From positions 64,001 to 128,000 of the forward strand of contig CBFIGY010000003.1 in assembly GCA_965662235.1 (NCBI GenBank): a DNA stretch of 64,000 bases, written 5' to 3'. This stretch comes from an uncultured bacterium (lineage in GTDB: Bacteria; SAR324; NAC60-12). Below are positions 19,203 to 29,468 of this stretch, in pieces (position 1 is the stretch's first letter; each line of letters starts with the position of its first letter). The position numbers and the translations under genes are program-made. The notes under the pieces were generated by a model. The model was given only the letters and a program-made list of their open reading frames with translations, had not been told where the DNA came from and searched no databases.

Positions 19203-20822
19203 CTAGGCGTTGCGTTGCTCATGACGGACCTCAGCGGCGAGGCGTCCGAGTTCGTAGTCCTCGAGGTCCACAAAGCCCATCCAGCGGGCCAGCTGGGGCT
19301 GCACCTGTTCCACTGCCCGGAAGAGGTCCTGAGCCACCTTGCGGTAGGCGGGGTGTCCCTGAGGGGTACTGCGCAGCTCCACCAGCCACGCCAACGCCCG
19401 CAGGTTGACCTGCAGGGACCAACGGAGGTGGTAGGCCATTGGAATCACGTACTGAGCCGCCTCCGGAAACTCCGGGCGCAGCTGCTCAAAGACTTCTGCT
19501 GCTTGCTCCATTGCCGCGCGGTAGGGTGCATCCAGCTTCGCCTCCTTGAGCAGTTCCGGAAGGTCGTAGCCGTGATCAGGAGAGAGCGGTTGCCGCCACT
19601 GCGTGAGCATGCGGTGCCGGTGCAGGTCCCGATACATGCCATAATCCCCCGTGATTTCAAAGGTAAAGAAGCAGGACTCCAGAGCGCGGGGAGGCTTATG
19701 GCGTCGGTGCTCCCGGAGGCCCAGACACTCCTCTTGAAGCTGCTCCCGCTCTGCAGCACCCAGGTTCCGGAGGGTGTCTCGAATTTCAGCCAAAGGAACG
19801 CCCGTGTGTTCATAGAGCAGGCTTGCTAGGAGCTTCTCCTCCGCCTGTGGATCATAATCCACCAGCTCAACCTGCAGGTCAGCGGGAACCGCACGAGCCC
19901 GTTGGGCTCCAGGAACACGCTCGGCCCACCGCTTGAGGACCGCGTGCTGCTGCTGCTGAAACGCGTGCTGACTCTGAAAGTGTCGGTGCTCCGGATGAGC
20001 GCGACGGATGAAGGACGGAATCACCTGCGCCAGCTCCGTCCAGGAAGCCGTTGCCAGCTCCTGCAGCTCTGTCAACGGTTCACGGTGCAACCGGGTGATC
20101 AGGGACTCAAAGAAGCGTCCGTTGCCAAAGACGCCCATGTTGGTCAGGGTCGCGGCAGGAAGCAGCCCCCGGATGAGGTCAAACCCTTGGGCCCGGACCG
20201 AGCGTTCGTACGCTTCAGCAGGACTTTTCGGGTCACGGGGCAAGCGCTTGCGGACTTCCTCCCGAACGGGGTCCGTCAGCGCGACGTAGGTTTCAAACAG
20301 GGTTCGGCAGGCCTTGAGGTAAGCCTCCCGATGCCGAGACGCGAGGATGGTGGGGTCTTTGTAAAAGCGGTAATCGCCCTGTACCTTCTGACCAAAGTTG
20401 ACGTAGCGAGTGGATTTTTCCAGCGGCGAGCCCCCGATTCGCGCATCCTGCAGGGTCTTCGTGGCCAAAATGGAGACGTCCTCCAGCGCCAGATGGGCGC
20501 CCCCCAGCTCCCCAATCGAGTCGTCTCCATAACCATCCAGAATGCGGTCGTAGAACGCCTGTGCCCGTTCCACGGCAAGTCGTTGTTCCTCTGCGTTCCC
20601 GGGACCGGCGCCACTGATCGACTGAAACGCCGACTCATCGGTCTGGATGAACTCCCGGAGCAGCAGACGCCGCAGTCCCAGCATGGAGCGGGAGTAGCGG
20701 GAAAACAGGGCACCCTTGATGACTTCAGGAAGGTTGGTGAGGACAAAAACAGACCGATCGGTGTTCGTCACATAAGGGGAGAGGGCACTCCGCTCTGCGG
20801 GAGTGAAGGATTCGCTCGTCAA
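19203..20822 (-). CDS. thyX: FAD-dependent thymidylate synthase, tandem two-domain form
   Basis: GALFSRYSRS, GYGDDSIGELGGAH, LEKSTRY, RDLHRHR, ELRSTPQGHPAYR; 539 aa; TTG start. Confidence 0.88.
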   Translation of the reverse strand: MTSESFTPAERSALSPYVTNTDRSVFVLTNLPEVIKGALFSRYSRSMLGLRRLLLREFIQTDESAFQSISGAGPGNAEEQRLAVERAQAFYDRILDGYGDDSIGELGGAHLALEDVSILATKTLQDARIGGSPLEKSTRYVNFGQKVQGDYRFYKDPTILASRHREAYLKACRTLFETYVALTDPVREEVRKRLPRDPKSPAEAYERSVRAQGFDLIRGLLPAATLTNMGVFGNGRFFESLITRLHREPLTELQELATASWTELAQVIPSFIRRAHPEHRHFQSQHAFQQQQHAVLKRWAERVPGAQRARAVPADLQVELVDYDPQAEEKLLASLLYEHTGVPLAEIRDTLRNLGAAEREQLQEECLGLREHRRHKPPRALESCFFTFEITGDYGMYRDLHRHRMLTQWRQPLSPDHGYDLPELLKEAKLDAPYRAAMEQAAEVFEQLRPEFPEAAQYVIPMAYHLRWSLQVNLRALAWLVELRSTPQGHPAYRKVAQDLFRAVEQVQPQLARWMGFVDLEDYELGRLAAEVRHEQRNA

Positions 20823-20897
20823 AATCGGCTCACAGGGAGGGGGAAATCAGAACAGAGGAGGGACGGCACGCGCCAGAACGACGCGTACCGGCAGCAG

Positions 20898-21476
20898 TCA
20901 CGGAGCAGGCAAGCCTGTGGAGTTGGGCAGCGCGTCCTTCTTCTCTTTCGGTTGAGGCAGGTCTGCGTCCAAGTACTTGGTGTTCTCGTGCGGCTGATAC
21001 TCGTCTCGCAGCAGGTCCCGGGTGAAGTTGAAGGTCTCTCGATTGGAGAAGGCCATGCCGATCACGCCGGTGTCCATGCGGATGGCCTGCTTGGGACAGG
21101 CTTCCACACAGAGGCCACAGAAGACGCAGCGCAGCTCGTCAATGTCAAACTTGACGGGGTACTTTTCCACCGACATGTCGGGATGCTCGCCGGCTTCAAT
21201 ATGGATGCACTTGGCCGGACAGACCGTCTCGCACATGTAGCAGGCCACACACTTGAGGAAGCCGTCATCGCGACGGGTCAGGCGGTGCCGCCCGCGCCAA
21301 CGTGGGGAAACGTGGCGCTTTTCCTCGGGATACTGAATGGTGACCACTTCCTGTGCCCCAAAGAGGTTCTTGAGGAAGTGCTTCACCGTCAGTCGAAATC
21401 CGGTGAACATCGCAGGCAGGTAGAAGGCTTCCTTCAACCCGTCTGTGCGTTCCACTTGCTTGACTTTCAAATCCAT
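20898..21476 (-). CDS. nuoI: NADH-quinone oxidoreductase subunit I
   Basis: TIQYPEE, RGRH.L, two CxxCxxCxxxCP motifs. Confidence 0.95.
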   Translation of the reverse strand: MDLKVKQVERTDGLKEAFYLPAMFTGFRLTVKHFLKNLFGAQEVVTIQYPEEKRHVSPRWRGRHRLTRRDDGFLKCVACYMCETVCPAKCIHIEAGEHPDMSVEKYPVKFDIDELRCVFCGLCVEACPKQAIRMDTGVIGMAFSNRETFNFTRDLLRDEYQPHENTKYLDADLPQPKEKKDALPNSTGLPAP

Positions 21477-21558
21477 AAATCAGCTCCTGATCGTTGCTCA
21501 CGTGCGCCTCCGGATCAAGGGGCGCCCGTGCAGGGTAGACGTTGAGGTTTAAGCGAAC

Positions 21559-22632
21559 TTAAACAAAGATCAGAATAATAACCGCGGTTGCCACCGTGTT
21601 GATCAGTGAAAGCGGCAGCAGCTTCTTCCACCCCAAGGCCATGGTTTGGTCAAAACGGAACTTGGGCACCGTCCAACGCAATTGAATCTGGAACCAGCAG
21701 AAGAAGACCACAAAGAGGGAGAACTTCAGAACCTGAAGGATCCGGACCAACCACTCAGGGGCACTGGTCCACAGGTGCAGCCACGGCACATGATAGCCTC
21801 CGAAGAACAGGGTGGTGATCAGGGTGGCAACCCCCACCACAGCAACGTATTCCGCCAGCATGAAGGCCGACCAGCGCATTCCGGAGTACTCCAGGAAGTA
21901 CCCGGCCACAATTTCAGACTCCCCTTCTGGAGCATCAAAGGGCGCGCGCTTGGTCTCAGCAATCAGAGCGGTGGTGAACAGCAGGAACCCGAGCGGTTGG
22001 GTGAAGACGCCCCACTGAGGAATCAGGTTGCCGAACCAGTACTGGTTCTGTCCATCCACAATGTCACTCACCCGGGTGGAGCCGTACACCATGAAGATTC
22101 CCATCAGCGCCAATCCCATGAACACCTCATACGACAGCATCTGTGCCGAGGCGCGGGTGCCGCCGAGCAGAGCGTACTTGCTGTTGGAGCTGGCTCCCGC
22201 CAAAACGGCCCCATAGACGCTCAGCGAGGTGATTGCGAAGATGAAGAGCAGTCCGGGCTCCACGTCTGCAATCTGGAACTTGAAGTCCCCAATCGGTGCC
22301 GCAAAGGGAATGATCGCAAAGGTGGCCACCCCCGCAATGAGCCCGAAGAACGGAGCAATGAGGAAGAGGAACCGGTCTGACCCTTCCGGCATCGTGTCTT
22401 CCTTGAAGATCGACTTGAGGCCATCGGCCGCAATGTGCAGCAGGCCATTTCCGGTAAAGTTTCCGGCATTGGCCCGATTGGGCCCCACCCGGTCCTGAAT
22501 CATCGCGCTCCACTTGCGCTCCATCAGGGTCATCAGGGTCCCCAACGGCATGGCAAACAGCAGGATCACGACCACGATCTTCAGCAGCGACTGAACGAGG
22601 GGAATCGAGAGGATTTCAAGAAGAATTTGCAT
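21559..22632 (-). CDS. nuoH: NADH-quinone oxidoreductase subunit H
   Basis: ERK...IQDRVGPNR, ADGLK..FKED, SNSKY.LLG, SYE, PFD.PEGESE. Confidence 0.96.
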   Translation of the reverse strand: MQILLEILSIPLVQSLLKIVVVILLFAMPLGTLMTLMERKWSAMIQDRVGPNRANAGNFTGNGLLHIAADGLKSIFKEDTMPEGSDRFLFLIAPFFGLIAGVATFAIIPFAAPIGDFKFQIADVEPGLLFIFAITSLSVYGAVLAGASSNSKYALLGGTRASAQMLSYEVFMGLALMGIFMVYGSTRVSDIVDGQNQYWFGNLIPQWGVFTQPLGFLLFTTALIAETKRAPFDAPEGESEIVAGYFLEYSGMRWSAFMLAEYVAVVGVATLITTLFFGGYHVPWLHLWTSAPEWLVRILQVLKFSLFVVFFCWFQIQLRWTVPKFRFDQTMALGWKKLLPLSLINTVATAVIILIFV

Positions 22633-22675
22633 GGTCTATCCCAAGCGCTTTTGGTTTCAGGGGAAGGTCCAGACG

Positions 22676-23905
22676 TTACCGGTCCAGCTCTCCGCCAATC
22701 ATGTTGATGGAGCCGAAGATGGGCACAATGTCCGCGATGTAGTGACCAATCGTCATTTTGGGCATGGCCTCAACAAAGTTGAAGCAGGGGGGCCGCAGCC
22801 GCACTCGGACCGGATCGCCAGAGCCATCCGAGACCACGTAGAAGCCGACCTCACCGTTTCCTCCCTCAACCGGCATGTACGCTTCTCCGGCTGGTGGACG
22901 GTGGCCTTCCATGACCATCTTGAAGTGGTCAATCAGGCCCTCGATGTTCCCATACACATCCTTCTTGTCCGGATAGTGCACACGACGCTCAGTGGTCTGA
23001 ATGGGCCCCACAGGCATTTTGTCAGCCGCCTGTTCAATGATGGAGATGCTCTGCCGAATCTCTTCCATACGGACCAAGTAGCGGTCGAAGCAGTCTCCGG
23101 TGGAGCCAATGGGAATTTCGAAGTCGAGTTCGTTGTAAACCGAGTAGGGGTCGGAACGGCGGATGTCGTAAGGCACCCCGCAGGCGCGCAGCATTGGCCC
23201 CGTGAAACCAAAGGAGATCGCATCTTCTTTGGAGATGGCGCCAATGTCCTTGACTCGGTCAATGAAGATTTTGTTCTTGGTCAGCAGCCGGTCGCACTCG
23301 TCCATCACGGATTTGACCTTGTCCAAACGGTCCTGCAGAGCATCCAAGAAGCCGTCGGGCAGGTCGGTTGCGTTTCCGCCGAACCGGGTCCAGTTGGTGG
23401 TCAGACGAGCCCCTGTGACTTCTTCCACGAGCTCCCACAGGTACTCACGTGCCTTGATGAACCAAAGGAAGAAGGTGAAGGCCCCGACTTCCATGGCAGA
23501 CGCCCCGAGGCAGGTCATGTGGTCGGTAATCCGAGAAATCTCGCCCATGATGACACGAGTGAACTCAGCCCGACGAGGTGCTTCCACGCCGTAGAGCTTT
23601 TCCACCGCCATGGAGTAGCCAATGTTGTTCAGTAGGGGAGAGACGTAGTTCAGACGGTCCGTGTAGGGCGTCACCTGAATCCACTTGGAGTTCTCAGACT
23701 CCTTCTCAAATCCTCGGTGCAGGTAGCCAATCTCCGGGGTCATGTCCACGATCAGCTCGCCGTCCACGTAAGTGGTGAAGCGGACGATGCCGTGCATGGC
23801 CGGGTGGGACGGACCAATCTCAATGGCCATCACCGAAGACGAGTGGTCAACAGACTCCTGGAGCTCGGCTTCGTGCTTCTGGATTTCCAAAGGGGCGGTT
23901 TCCAT
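22676..23905 (-). CDS. nuoD: NADH-quinone oxidoreductase subunit D
   Basis: GPSHPAMHG, IGYLHRGFEK, DRLNY, GELDR C-terminus. Confidence 0.96.
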   Translation of the reverse strand: METAPLEIQKHEAELQESVDHSSSVMAIEIGPSHPAMHGIVRFTTYVDGELIVDMTPEIGYLHRGFEKESENSKWIQVTPYTDRLNYVSPLLNNIGYSMAVEKLYGVEAPRRAEFTRVIMGEISRITDHMTCLGASAMEVGAFTFFLWFIKAREYLWELVEEVTGARLTTNWTRFGGNATDLPDGFLDALQDRLDKVKSVMDECDRLLTKNKIFIDRVKDIGAISKEDAISFGFTGPMLRACGVPYDIRRSDPYSVYNELDFEIPIGSTGDCFDRYLVRMEEIRQSISIIEQAADKMPVGPIQTTERRVHYPDKKDVYGNIEGLIDHFKMVMEGHRPPAGEAYMPVEGGNGEVGFYVVSDGSGDPVRVRLRPPCFNFVEAMPKMTIGHYIADIVPIFGSINMIGGELDR

Positions 23906-24453
23906 CAGAATTTCCTTCCGTATTCGTGGCGTTCCTCAACTTCTCGCAGCGGCATGATGGGCTGCTGCCGGTCCATGGGGTAGTCCTTGCGCAGAGGGTG
24001 TCCCTCAAACGCATCATACATGAGCAGTCGGATCAGGTTGGGGTGCCCCTCAAACTGCACGCCGTACATGTCGAAGCACTCGCGCTCATACCAGTCCACC
24101 GCGCTCCAGAGGTCGTGAATGGAAGCCACCCGGAGGTCGTCTTCATTCAGCTGCACCTTGATCCGCAGGCGATGGCCGAGGGAGAGGGACTTGAAGTGAT
24201 AGACCACGTCAAAGCGTGGGTCCCGCCCCTGCTCCAAGTAGTCCACCGCGGTCAGGTCCACCATCAGTTCAAACTTGCAGCGCTCGTCATCCCGGAGGAA
24301 CTTGCACACGCGGTACAGGGCATCTCGCTTGATGACCACGGTCTCGTCACCGCGGTGATTGTGGGAATCGCGGACGGTTCCGGGGAATTCGTGCGCGATC
24401 AGGTTCGTCAGGGTCAGAGCTGCTTCCGCATCCGGAGTCGCTGTTTCAGACAT
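23905..24453 (-). CDS. nuoC: NADH-quinone oxidoreductase subunit C
   Basis: DLTAVDY, WYERECFDMYG, GHPNL.RLL, GHPLRKDYP. Confidence 0.95.
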   Translation of the reverse strand: MSETATPDAEAALTLTNLIAHEFPGTVRDSHNHRGDETVVIKRDALYRVCKFLRDDERCKFELMVDLTAVDYLEQGRDPRFDVVYHFKSLSLGHRLRIKVQLNEDDLRVASIHDLWSAVDWYERECFDMYGVQFEGHPNLIRLLMYDAFEGHPLRKDYPMDRQQPIMPLREVEERHEYGRKF

Positions 24454-24471
24454 GGATCCACAGGAAAAGGG

Positions 24472-25179
24472 TTAGGCCTGCTCGTTCTTGAGCGAGTTCT
24501 TCTTGGCTTGATCCGCCGGAGAGTCGTACCCCATGTGCGGATCCAGATTGACGTAGCTGTCAGAGTAGGTGTACCCCGGCTTGACGCTGCGGTTGCTCTT
24601 CGGGTTCTGAATGTTCTCTAGGACTTCTTTCTTCGGAATGGAGAAGTACTGATTCAACTGCTCCAGCTTGCGCTCCCGGTGACGGATGTCCGTGGGGTTG
24701 ATCATCTTCGTTTCCACCGTCGGGCCATCGTTCTGGATGCGGTGCTGAAGCTCCAGCAGGCCATCTAGGACCGCTTCAGGACGAGGCGGGCACCCGGCGA
24801 TGTAGACGTCCACCGGGATGAGGCGGTCGATGCCCTGCAGCACCGAGTAATTCTGATAGAAGCCTCCGGACGACGCGCAGGCGCCAAAGGCAATGACCCA
24901 CTTCGGATCCGCCATCTGATCGTAGACGGTTCGCAACACCGGCGTCATCTTGTGGGTGATCGTTCCCACCACCCAAAGGACGTCCGACTGACGGGGGGAG
25001 AAGCGCGGAATTTCCGCTCCAAACCGTGAGATGTCGTAGTGCGAGCACGCCGCGGCCATGTACTCCATGCCACAACAGGCGGTCACAAACGGGTACTGAA
25101 AGAGGGAAAACTTGCGCGACCAGTTCACCACATTGTCAAAGGTGGTGGTTAAAAAATCTCCATAGTTGGCTGCAGACAT
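24472..25179 (-). CDS. nuoB: NADH-quinone oxidoreductase subunit B with C-terminal extension
   Basis: [27 protein letters not shown]. Confidence 0.96.
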   Translation of the reverse strand: MSAANYGDFLTTTFDNVVNWSRKFSLFQYPFVTACCGMEYMAAACSHYDISRFGAEIPRFSPRQSDVLWVVGTITHKMTPVLRTVYDQMADPKWVIAFGACASSGGFYQNYSVLQGIDRLIPVDVYIAGCPPRPEAVLDGLLELQHRIQNDGPTVETKMINPTDIRHRERKLEQLNQYFSIPKKEVLENIQNPKSNRSVKPGYTYSDSYVNLDPHMGYDSPADQAKKNSLKNEQA

Positions 25180-25214
25180 TGGATTTTTCCTTGACCGAGG
25201 TTATTGTTTTCGGC

Positions 25215-25580
25215 TCACTCCCACTCGAGCGCACCTTTTTTCCAGTCGTATACCAGACCCAGGGTCAGGACGACCAGGAACACCATGGCTGCGATGAAGC
25301 CGAACCACCCGAGTTCGCGCAACTGCACCGTCCAGGGGTAAAGGAAGACGATCTCCACATCAAACACTAGGAAGACCAGCGCCGTCATGTAGAACTTGAC
25401 GTCATACCGGTGCCCCTGCATGCCCTCACGCAGAAACCCGGACTCAAAGGGCGCCTCCTTGGCTTTGTTCTTGGCTTTGGGCCCCAGCAGCATGCCGATG
25501 GCAGAGAAGGCTCCTGCGAGTCCCAGCCCCAACAGAATCAGGATCAGGATGGGAAGATAGTCGTTGGCGATCGGAGTCAT
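25215..25580 (-). CDS. nuoA: NADH-quinone oxidoreductase subunit A
   Basis: PFESG, FLVFDVE..FLYPW, KGALEWE. Confidence 0.96.
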   Translation of the reverse strand: MTPIANDYLPILILILLGLGLAGAFSAIGMLLGPKAKNKAKEAPFESGFLREGMQGHRYDVKFYMTALVFLVFDVEIVFLYPWTVQLRELGWFGFIAAMVFLVVLTLGLVYDWKKGALEWE

Positions 25581-25698
25581 TCGTGCTATCCGAAGTCGGT
25601 GTTCAAAGGGATTTCGACAGAAACCCGGGAGGACTGAATAATCGGCAACAGAATTCCATTGCCTCTCAAGAGAGTCAATTCAATTTGAGGCGCTTGGA

Positions 25699-27633
25699 TC
25701 AACGGACCCGGCTTCCCGGAGGAACCCCCTCGGGCGCCTCCAGCAGAGTCACCTGCTCCCCATGATCCGCGGCCAACACCATCCCTTCAGACAGCGTTCC
25801 CCTCAGCTTGACGGGCTTCAGGTTGCTCACCACAATGACCCGCTTCCCCACCATCTGTTCCGGAGTGTAAAACGGCGCCACCCCAGAGACAATCTGCCGG
25901 GGCTTTGCTTCTCCCAAGTCAATCTGGGAAACCAGCAGGCGATCTGATTTCTTCACCGGCTCACATGCTTGAATGACCCCCACCTTCAGCTGAATCTGTC
26001 CAAAGGTTTCCACGCCAATGGGCTCCGCCTCTGCGGGCGCCGGCTCGGCAGGAGGCGCTGGTTGGGCGGATTGGGGGGCTGGCGGTGCTTCCGGAGTGGC
26101 CGCCACCGCCTGAATTTTGGGAAACAGCGGCTCCGGTTCCGGAAGGACCGTTCCGGCTTCCAGCAGTCCCGGGACCAAGCGGCTTTCTTCCAGCGGCTGT
26201 TCTCCGACCCCAAGCTGAATCCGGGCCTGCTCCATCTTGTCTGGCATGACAGGGTGCAGCAACCCGATCAGCAACCGAGCACAGTCCAACGCCGTGTAAA
26301 GCACCGTTCCCAGCAGCACACGCTGTTCCGGATCCTTGGCCAGCTTCCAGGGCTTGTGATCGTCAATGTACTTGTTGACCAAGCTGCTCAGCTGAATCAC
26401 CTGCTCCAGGGCTCGGTGGGGCTGAAAGCCGCGGACCAGTTCCCGGACCCGGTTGATGCCCTCCACGAACGCAGCCTGGAGTTCTTGCTCGCTGGCACTC
26501 AGGGGTCCCGGTTCCGGAACCTGACCAGCAAAGTTCTTCCGCGACAGGGTGAGGGAGCGGTTGATCAGGTTGCCGAGGTTGTTGGAAAGGTCCCCGTGGT
26601 AGCGGGCCAAGGCCAGCTCTTCCGTAAAGTTGGAGTCTTCCCCAAAGCTCATCTCCCGCAGCAGGAAGTACCGGAGGGGGTCGACGCCAAAGCGGTCCTT
26701 CATCTCCAACGGATTGACCACGTTCCCCAGGGACTTGCTCATCTTGCTGCCCCCAATCACCCAGTGTCCGTGCACCACCAGCTTCTTGAACTGCGGAAGG
26801 TCGGCCCCTTTCAGCATGCAAGGCCAGTAGATGCCATGGGTTTTGAGGATGTCCTTGCCGATCATGTGGTGGCAGTGCTCCCAGTACTTGGCGTAACGGG
26901 GATCGTCTGGCCACCCAAGCGCCGTGACGTAATTGAGGAGCGCATCAAACCAGACGTAGGTCACAAACTGGTCATCAAACGGCAGCTCAATGCCCCAGGT
27001 CAAGCGACTCTTTGGACGGGAGATGCAGAGGTCCTGCAACGGGGCTTCCAGAAAGCTCAGCAGCTCGTTCCGGTAGCGCTTCGGGTACACCCAGTCTTCG
27101 TTCTCCTTCAACTCTGCAATCAGCCAGTCCTGGTAGGCGCTCATTTTGAAGAAGTAATTCTGCTCCTTGTACGGCTGCGGAGGCTTCTGGTGGTCCGGAC
27201 AGTTGCCCTCTGGAGTCAGTTCCGCCTCATCCAGAAAGCGTTCGCACCCCACGCAGTAGTTGCCCTCATACTCCTTCAGGTAGATTTCCCCCTTGTCGTA
27301 AATGCGCTGCAGCACCGCCTGCACGGACGCCTTGTGCATCGGATCCGTGGTCCGGATGAACTGATCGTTTTCAATGTTCAGGTGAGGCCAGAGCGCTTGA
27401 AACTCGGCCGTCATCTGGTCCACAAACACCTGCGGCTCCACTCCAGCCTTGGCTGCAGACTCGGCGATCTTCTGTCCGTGTTCGTCAGTCCCCGTCAGGA
27501 AGTAGCTCTCTTCCCCAAAGAGCTTCCGGAAGCGGGTGATCACATCGGTGGCAATGGTCGTGTACGCGTGCCCGATGTGCGGGTGGCTGTTGACGTAGTA
27601 AATCGGGGTGGTGATGTAAAAGGGCTCGGTCAT
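25699..27633 (-). CDS. metG: Methionine--tRNA ligase with C-terminal tRNA-binding domain
   Basis: YITTPIYY, HIGH, GTDEHG, YVWFDAL, KMSKS, NLKPVKLRG.LSEGM. Confidence 0.97.
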   Translation of the reverse strand: MTEPFYITTPIYYVNSHPHIGHAYTTIATDVITRFRKLFGEESYFLTGTDEHGQKIAESAAKAGVEPQVFVDQMTAEFQALWPHLNIENDQFIRTTDPMHKASVQAVLQRIYDKGEIYLKEYEGNYCVGCERFLDEAELTPEGNCPDHQKPPQPYKEQNYFFKMSAYQDWLIAELKENEDWVYPKRYRNELLSFLEAPLQDLCISRPKSRLTWGIELPFDDQFVTYVWFDALLNYVTALGWPDDPRYAKYWEHCHHMIGKDILKTHGIYWPCMLKGADLPQFKKLVVHGHWVIGGSKMSKSLGNVVNPLEMKDRFGVDPLRYFLLREMSFGEDSNFTEELALARYHGDLSNNLGNLINRSLTLSRKNFAGQVPEPGPLSASEQELQAAFVEGINRVRELVRGFQPHRALEQVIQLSSLVNKYIDDHKPWKLAKDPEQRVLLGTVLYTALDCARLLIGLLHPVMPDKMEQARIQLGVGEQPLEESRLVPGLLEAGTVLPEPEPLFPKIQAVAATPEAPPAPQSAQPAPPAEPAPAEAEPIGVETFGQIQLKVGVIQACEPVKKSDRLLVSQIDLGEAKPRQIVSGVAPFYTPEQMVGKRVIVVSNLKPVKLRGTLSEGMVLAADHGEQVTLLEAPEGVPPGSRVR

Positions 27634-27669
27634 GGTCGATTCAGCAGGTCTGGGTAAGGAAGCCGTGGG

Positions 27670-27957
27670 TCAGGGAAGTTGAATCACCGGCTCATCCGGA
27701 TGCGGGCGGTAGAGGGTGAGGGTCTTCCCCATCGACTGCACCACCGCAATGCCCTGCCAGCCGTCTAGCTGGGCGGCACAGCTCTTCTTGTCCTCAGGCG
27801 CCTCTTCCAGCACCTTCACCTTGAGGAGCTCATGACGGTCCAGGCTGGCCTCCAGCTCCTTGAGAAAGGGCTCTGAGAGTCCGGATTTGCCAATTTGCAG
27901 GAGGGGTTTGAGGGAGTGGGCCAGGCCACGGAGGTAGCGTTTCTGTTTCCCGTTCAT
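27670..27957 (-). CDS. yhbY: YhbY/CRM-domain RNA-binding protein
   Basis: KQKRYLR.LAH.LKP..QIGK.G, HELLKVK. Confidence 0.92.
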   Translation of the reverse strand: MNGKQKRYLRGLAHSLKPLLQIGKSGLSEPFLKELEASLDRHELLKVKVLEEAPEDKKSCAAQLDGWQGIAVVQSMGKTLTLYRPHPDEPVIQLP

Positions 27958-28088
27958 ACAGGGGCAACCGGAGGTTCAGGTGATGGGGAGGCACGCTCGC
28001 CTCAGAGAGGAGGTCCCGGCAGGACGAGCAAAACGATCAAACGTATCAATCCTGGCCGGGGGAAACAAGCTCATTCCACGCAGAGCCC

Positions 28089-29042
28089 TCAGGCAGAAGC
28101 CGGCTCGTGACGCAGAACCGCAGGAAGGGCAAAGGTGACGTCTTCCTGAACCAGCATCAGCTCCCGGACAGAGCTCTGCTCGGCAAGAGAACGCAGGTGC
28201 GAGACGATGCTCTGAACAATGTCCTCAGGAGCCGAAGCGCCGGCTGTGATGCCAATCCGCGGCGCTGCCGCCAGCCAAGCCGGGTCCACCTGATCAGCAG
28301 ACTCAATCCGGTGTGCATCCACGCCTGCGGCACGGGCAACCTCGACCAGTCGGACGGTGTTGGAGCTGTTCTGCGCTCCCACCACAAGCACGAGGTCCAC
28401 CTCCTGCGCCAGCGCCTTGACCGCGTTTTGCCGATTCTGGGTGGCGTAGCAGATGTCGTCTTTGGCGGGGCCTTCGATGTGTGGGAAGCGTTCCCGGAGC
28501 GCCTGAATGATCTCTGCGGTGTCATCCAGCGAAAGGGTCGTCTGTGTCAGGTAGGCCATGGGGGTGTCTGCAGGCAGGTCCAGTTCCGCCACTTCTTCCA
28601 CAGACCCCACCACCCGGGTTTGCTCTGGCGCCTCCCCGACGGTTCCTTCGACCTCAACATGGTCCCGGTGGCCGACCAGAATGATGGTATGGTTGCGGCT
28701 GGCATAGCGTTTTGCCTCGCCGTGCACCTTGGTCACTAGGGGACAGGTGGCATCAATGACTTCCAGCTGACGCTCCACCGCCTGCTCCCGAACTGCAGGG
28801 GAAACCCCGTGGGCAGAAAAGATGGCGTGCGCCCCAAGCGGGACGTCTTCAAGGTTTTCCACAAAAATGACCCCGCGTTCTCGGAGGCGGCTCACCACAT
28901 GCGGGTTGTGGACAATTTCATGCCGGACGTAGATCGGAGGACCGTAGCGTTCCAGGGCCTTTTCCACAATGGTGATGGCCCGGTCCACTCCGGCACAAAA
29001 GCCACGCGGGCTCGCAAGCACAAGTTCGAGCTGAGAGATCAT
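28089..29042 (-). CDS. ispH: 4-hydroxy-3-methylbut-2-enyl diphosphate reductase
   Basis: PRGFCAGVDRA, EIVHN, SAHGV, DATCPLVTKVH, DICYATQNRQ, SSN, TAGASAP; ATG at 29042. Confidence 0.96.
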   Translation of the reverse strand: MISQLELVLASPRGFCAGVDRAITIVEKALERYGPPIYVRHEIVHNPHVVSRLRERGVIFVENLEDVPLGAHAIFSAHGVSPAVREQAVERQLEVIDATCPLVTKVHGEAKRYASRNHTIILVGHRDHVEVEGTVGEAPEQTRVVGSVEEVAELDLPADTPMAYLTQTTLSLDDTAEIIQALRERFPHIEGPAKDDICYATQNRQNAVKALAQEVDLVLVVGAQNSSNTVRLVEVARAAGVDAHRIESADQVDPAWLAAAPRIGITAGASAPEDIVQSIVSHLRSLAEQSSVRELMLVQEDVTFALPAVLRHEPASA

Positions 29043-29135
29043 GAGACGGTTTTTGGCTGGGTCAGGGTTTGCATTGCAAGACGGTTTCAGTCTAACCTGT
29101 TCCCCTGAGGTTGCCAACACGTTCGGGAAAATGTC

Positions 29136-29468
29136 ATGAGTGAAGCGCAGCAGAAACGTCGAAAGCCCATCCAGCGTCCCAACGTCCGGACGAACTTTTA
29201 CCCCACTTACACAGATGGTGGGCTGGACCGCGTCAATCCGGTTCAGGCCGTGGTGCCCACGCAGTTTCAGCGGGTGATTCCTTACTACGATCTTTCCATG
29301 ACCAGCACCCGCGACTCTGGAACCGGCCCCCTGTTCTTGGAGCCCGAGTACCATGTTCCGGAGTATCGCCAGAACCCGCCCCAACGGACCGGTGCTCCTC
29401 CGGAGGAGCCGCTCTTCAAGCTCCCGCGACACAAACGCAAGAAGGTCCGGACGGATTTTTGGGGCTAG
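29136..29468 (+). CDS. Hypothetical Pro/Arg-rich protein (110 aa)
   Basis: Fills the gap between ispH and can, stop overlaps the can stop; no family recognised. Confidence 0.6.
   Translation: MSEAQQKRRKPIQRPNVRTNFYPTYTDGGLDRVNPVQAVVPTQFQRVIPYYDLSMTSTRDSGTGPLFLEPEYHVPEYRQNPPQRTGAPPEEPLFKLPRHKRKKVRTDFWG

Noticed and set aside
21265..21501. Alternative-frame 78-aa ORF with an RBS-like GGAGG overlapping the nuoI start
   Set aside because: Mostly out of frame within nuoI, which has its own AGGAG; no motif.
19902..21545. 547-aa plus-strand ORF
   Set aside because: Antisense shadow of thyX and nuoI with no motifs; expected in GC-rich DNA.
25969..27657. 562-aa plus-strand ORF
   Set aside because: Antisense shadow of metG.
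29043..29432. 130-aa N-terminal extension of IspH in the ORF track
   Set aside because: IspH similarity starts at 29042, and the extension overlaps the divergent 29136 gene.
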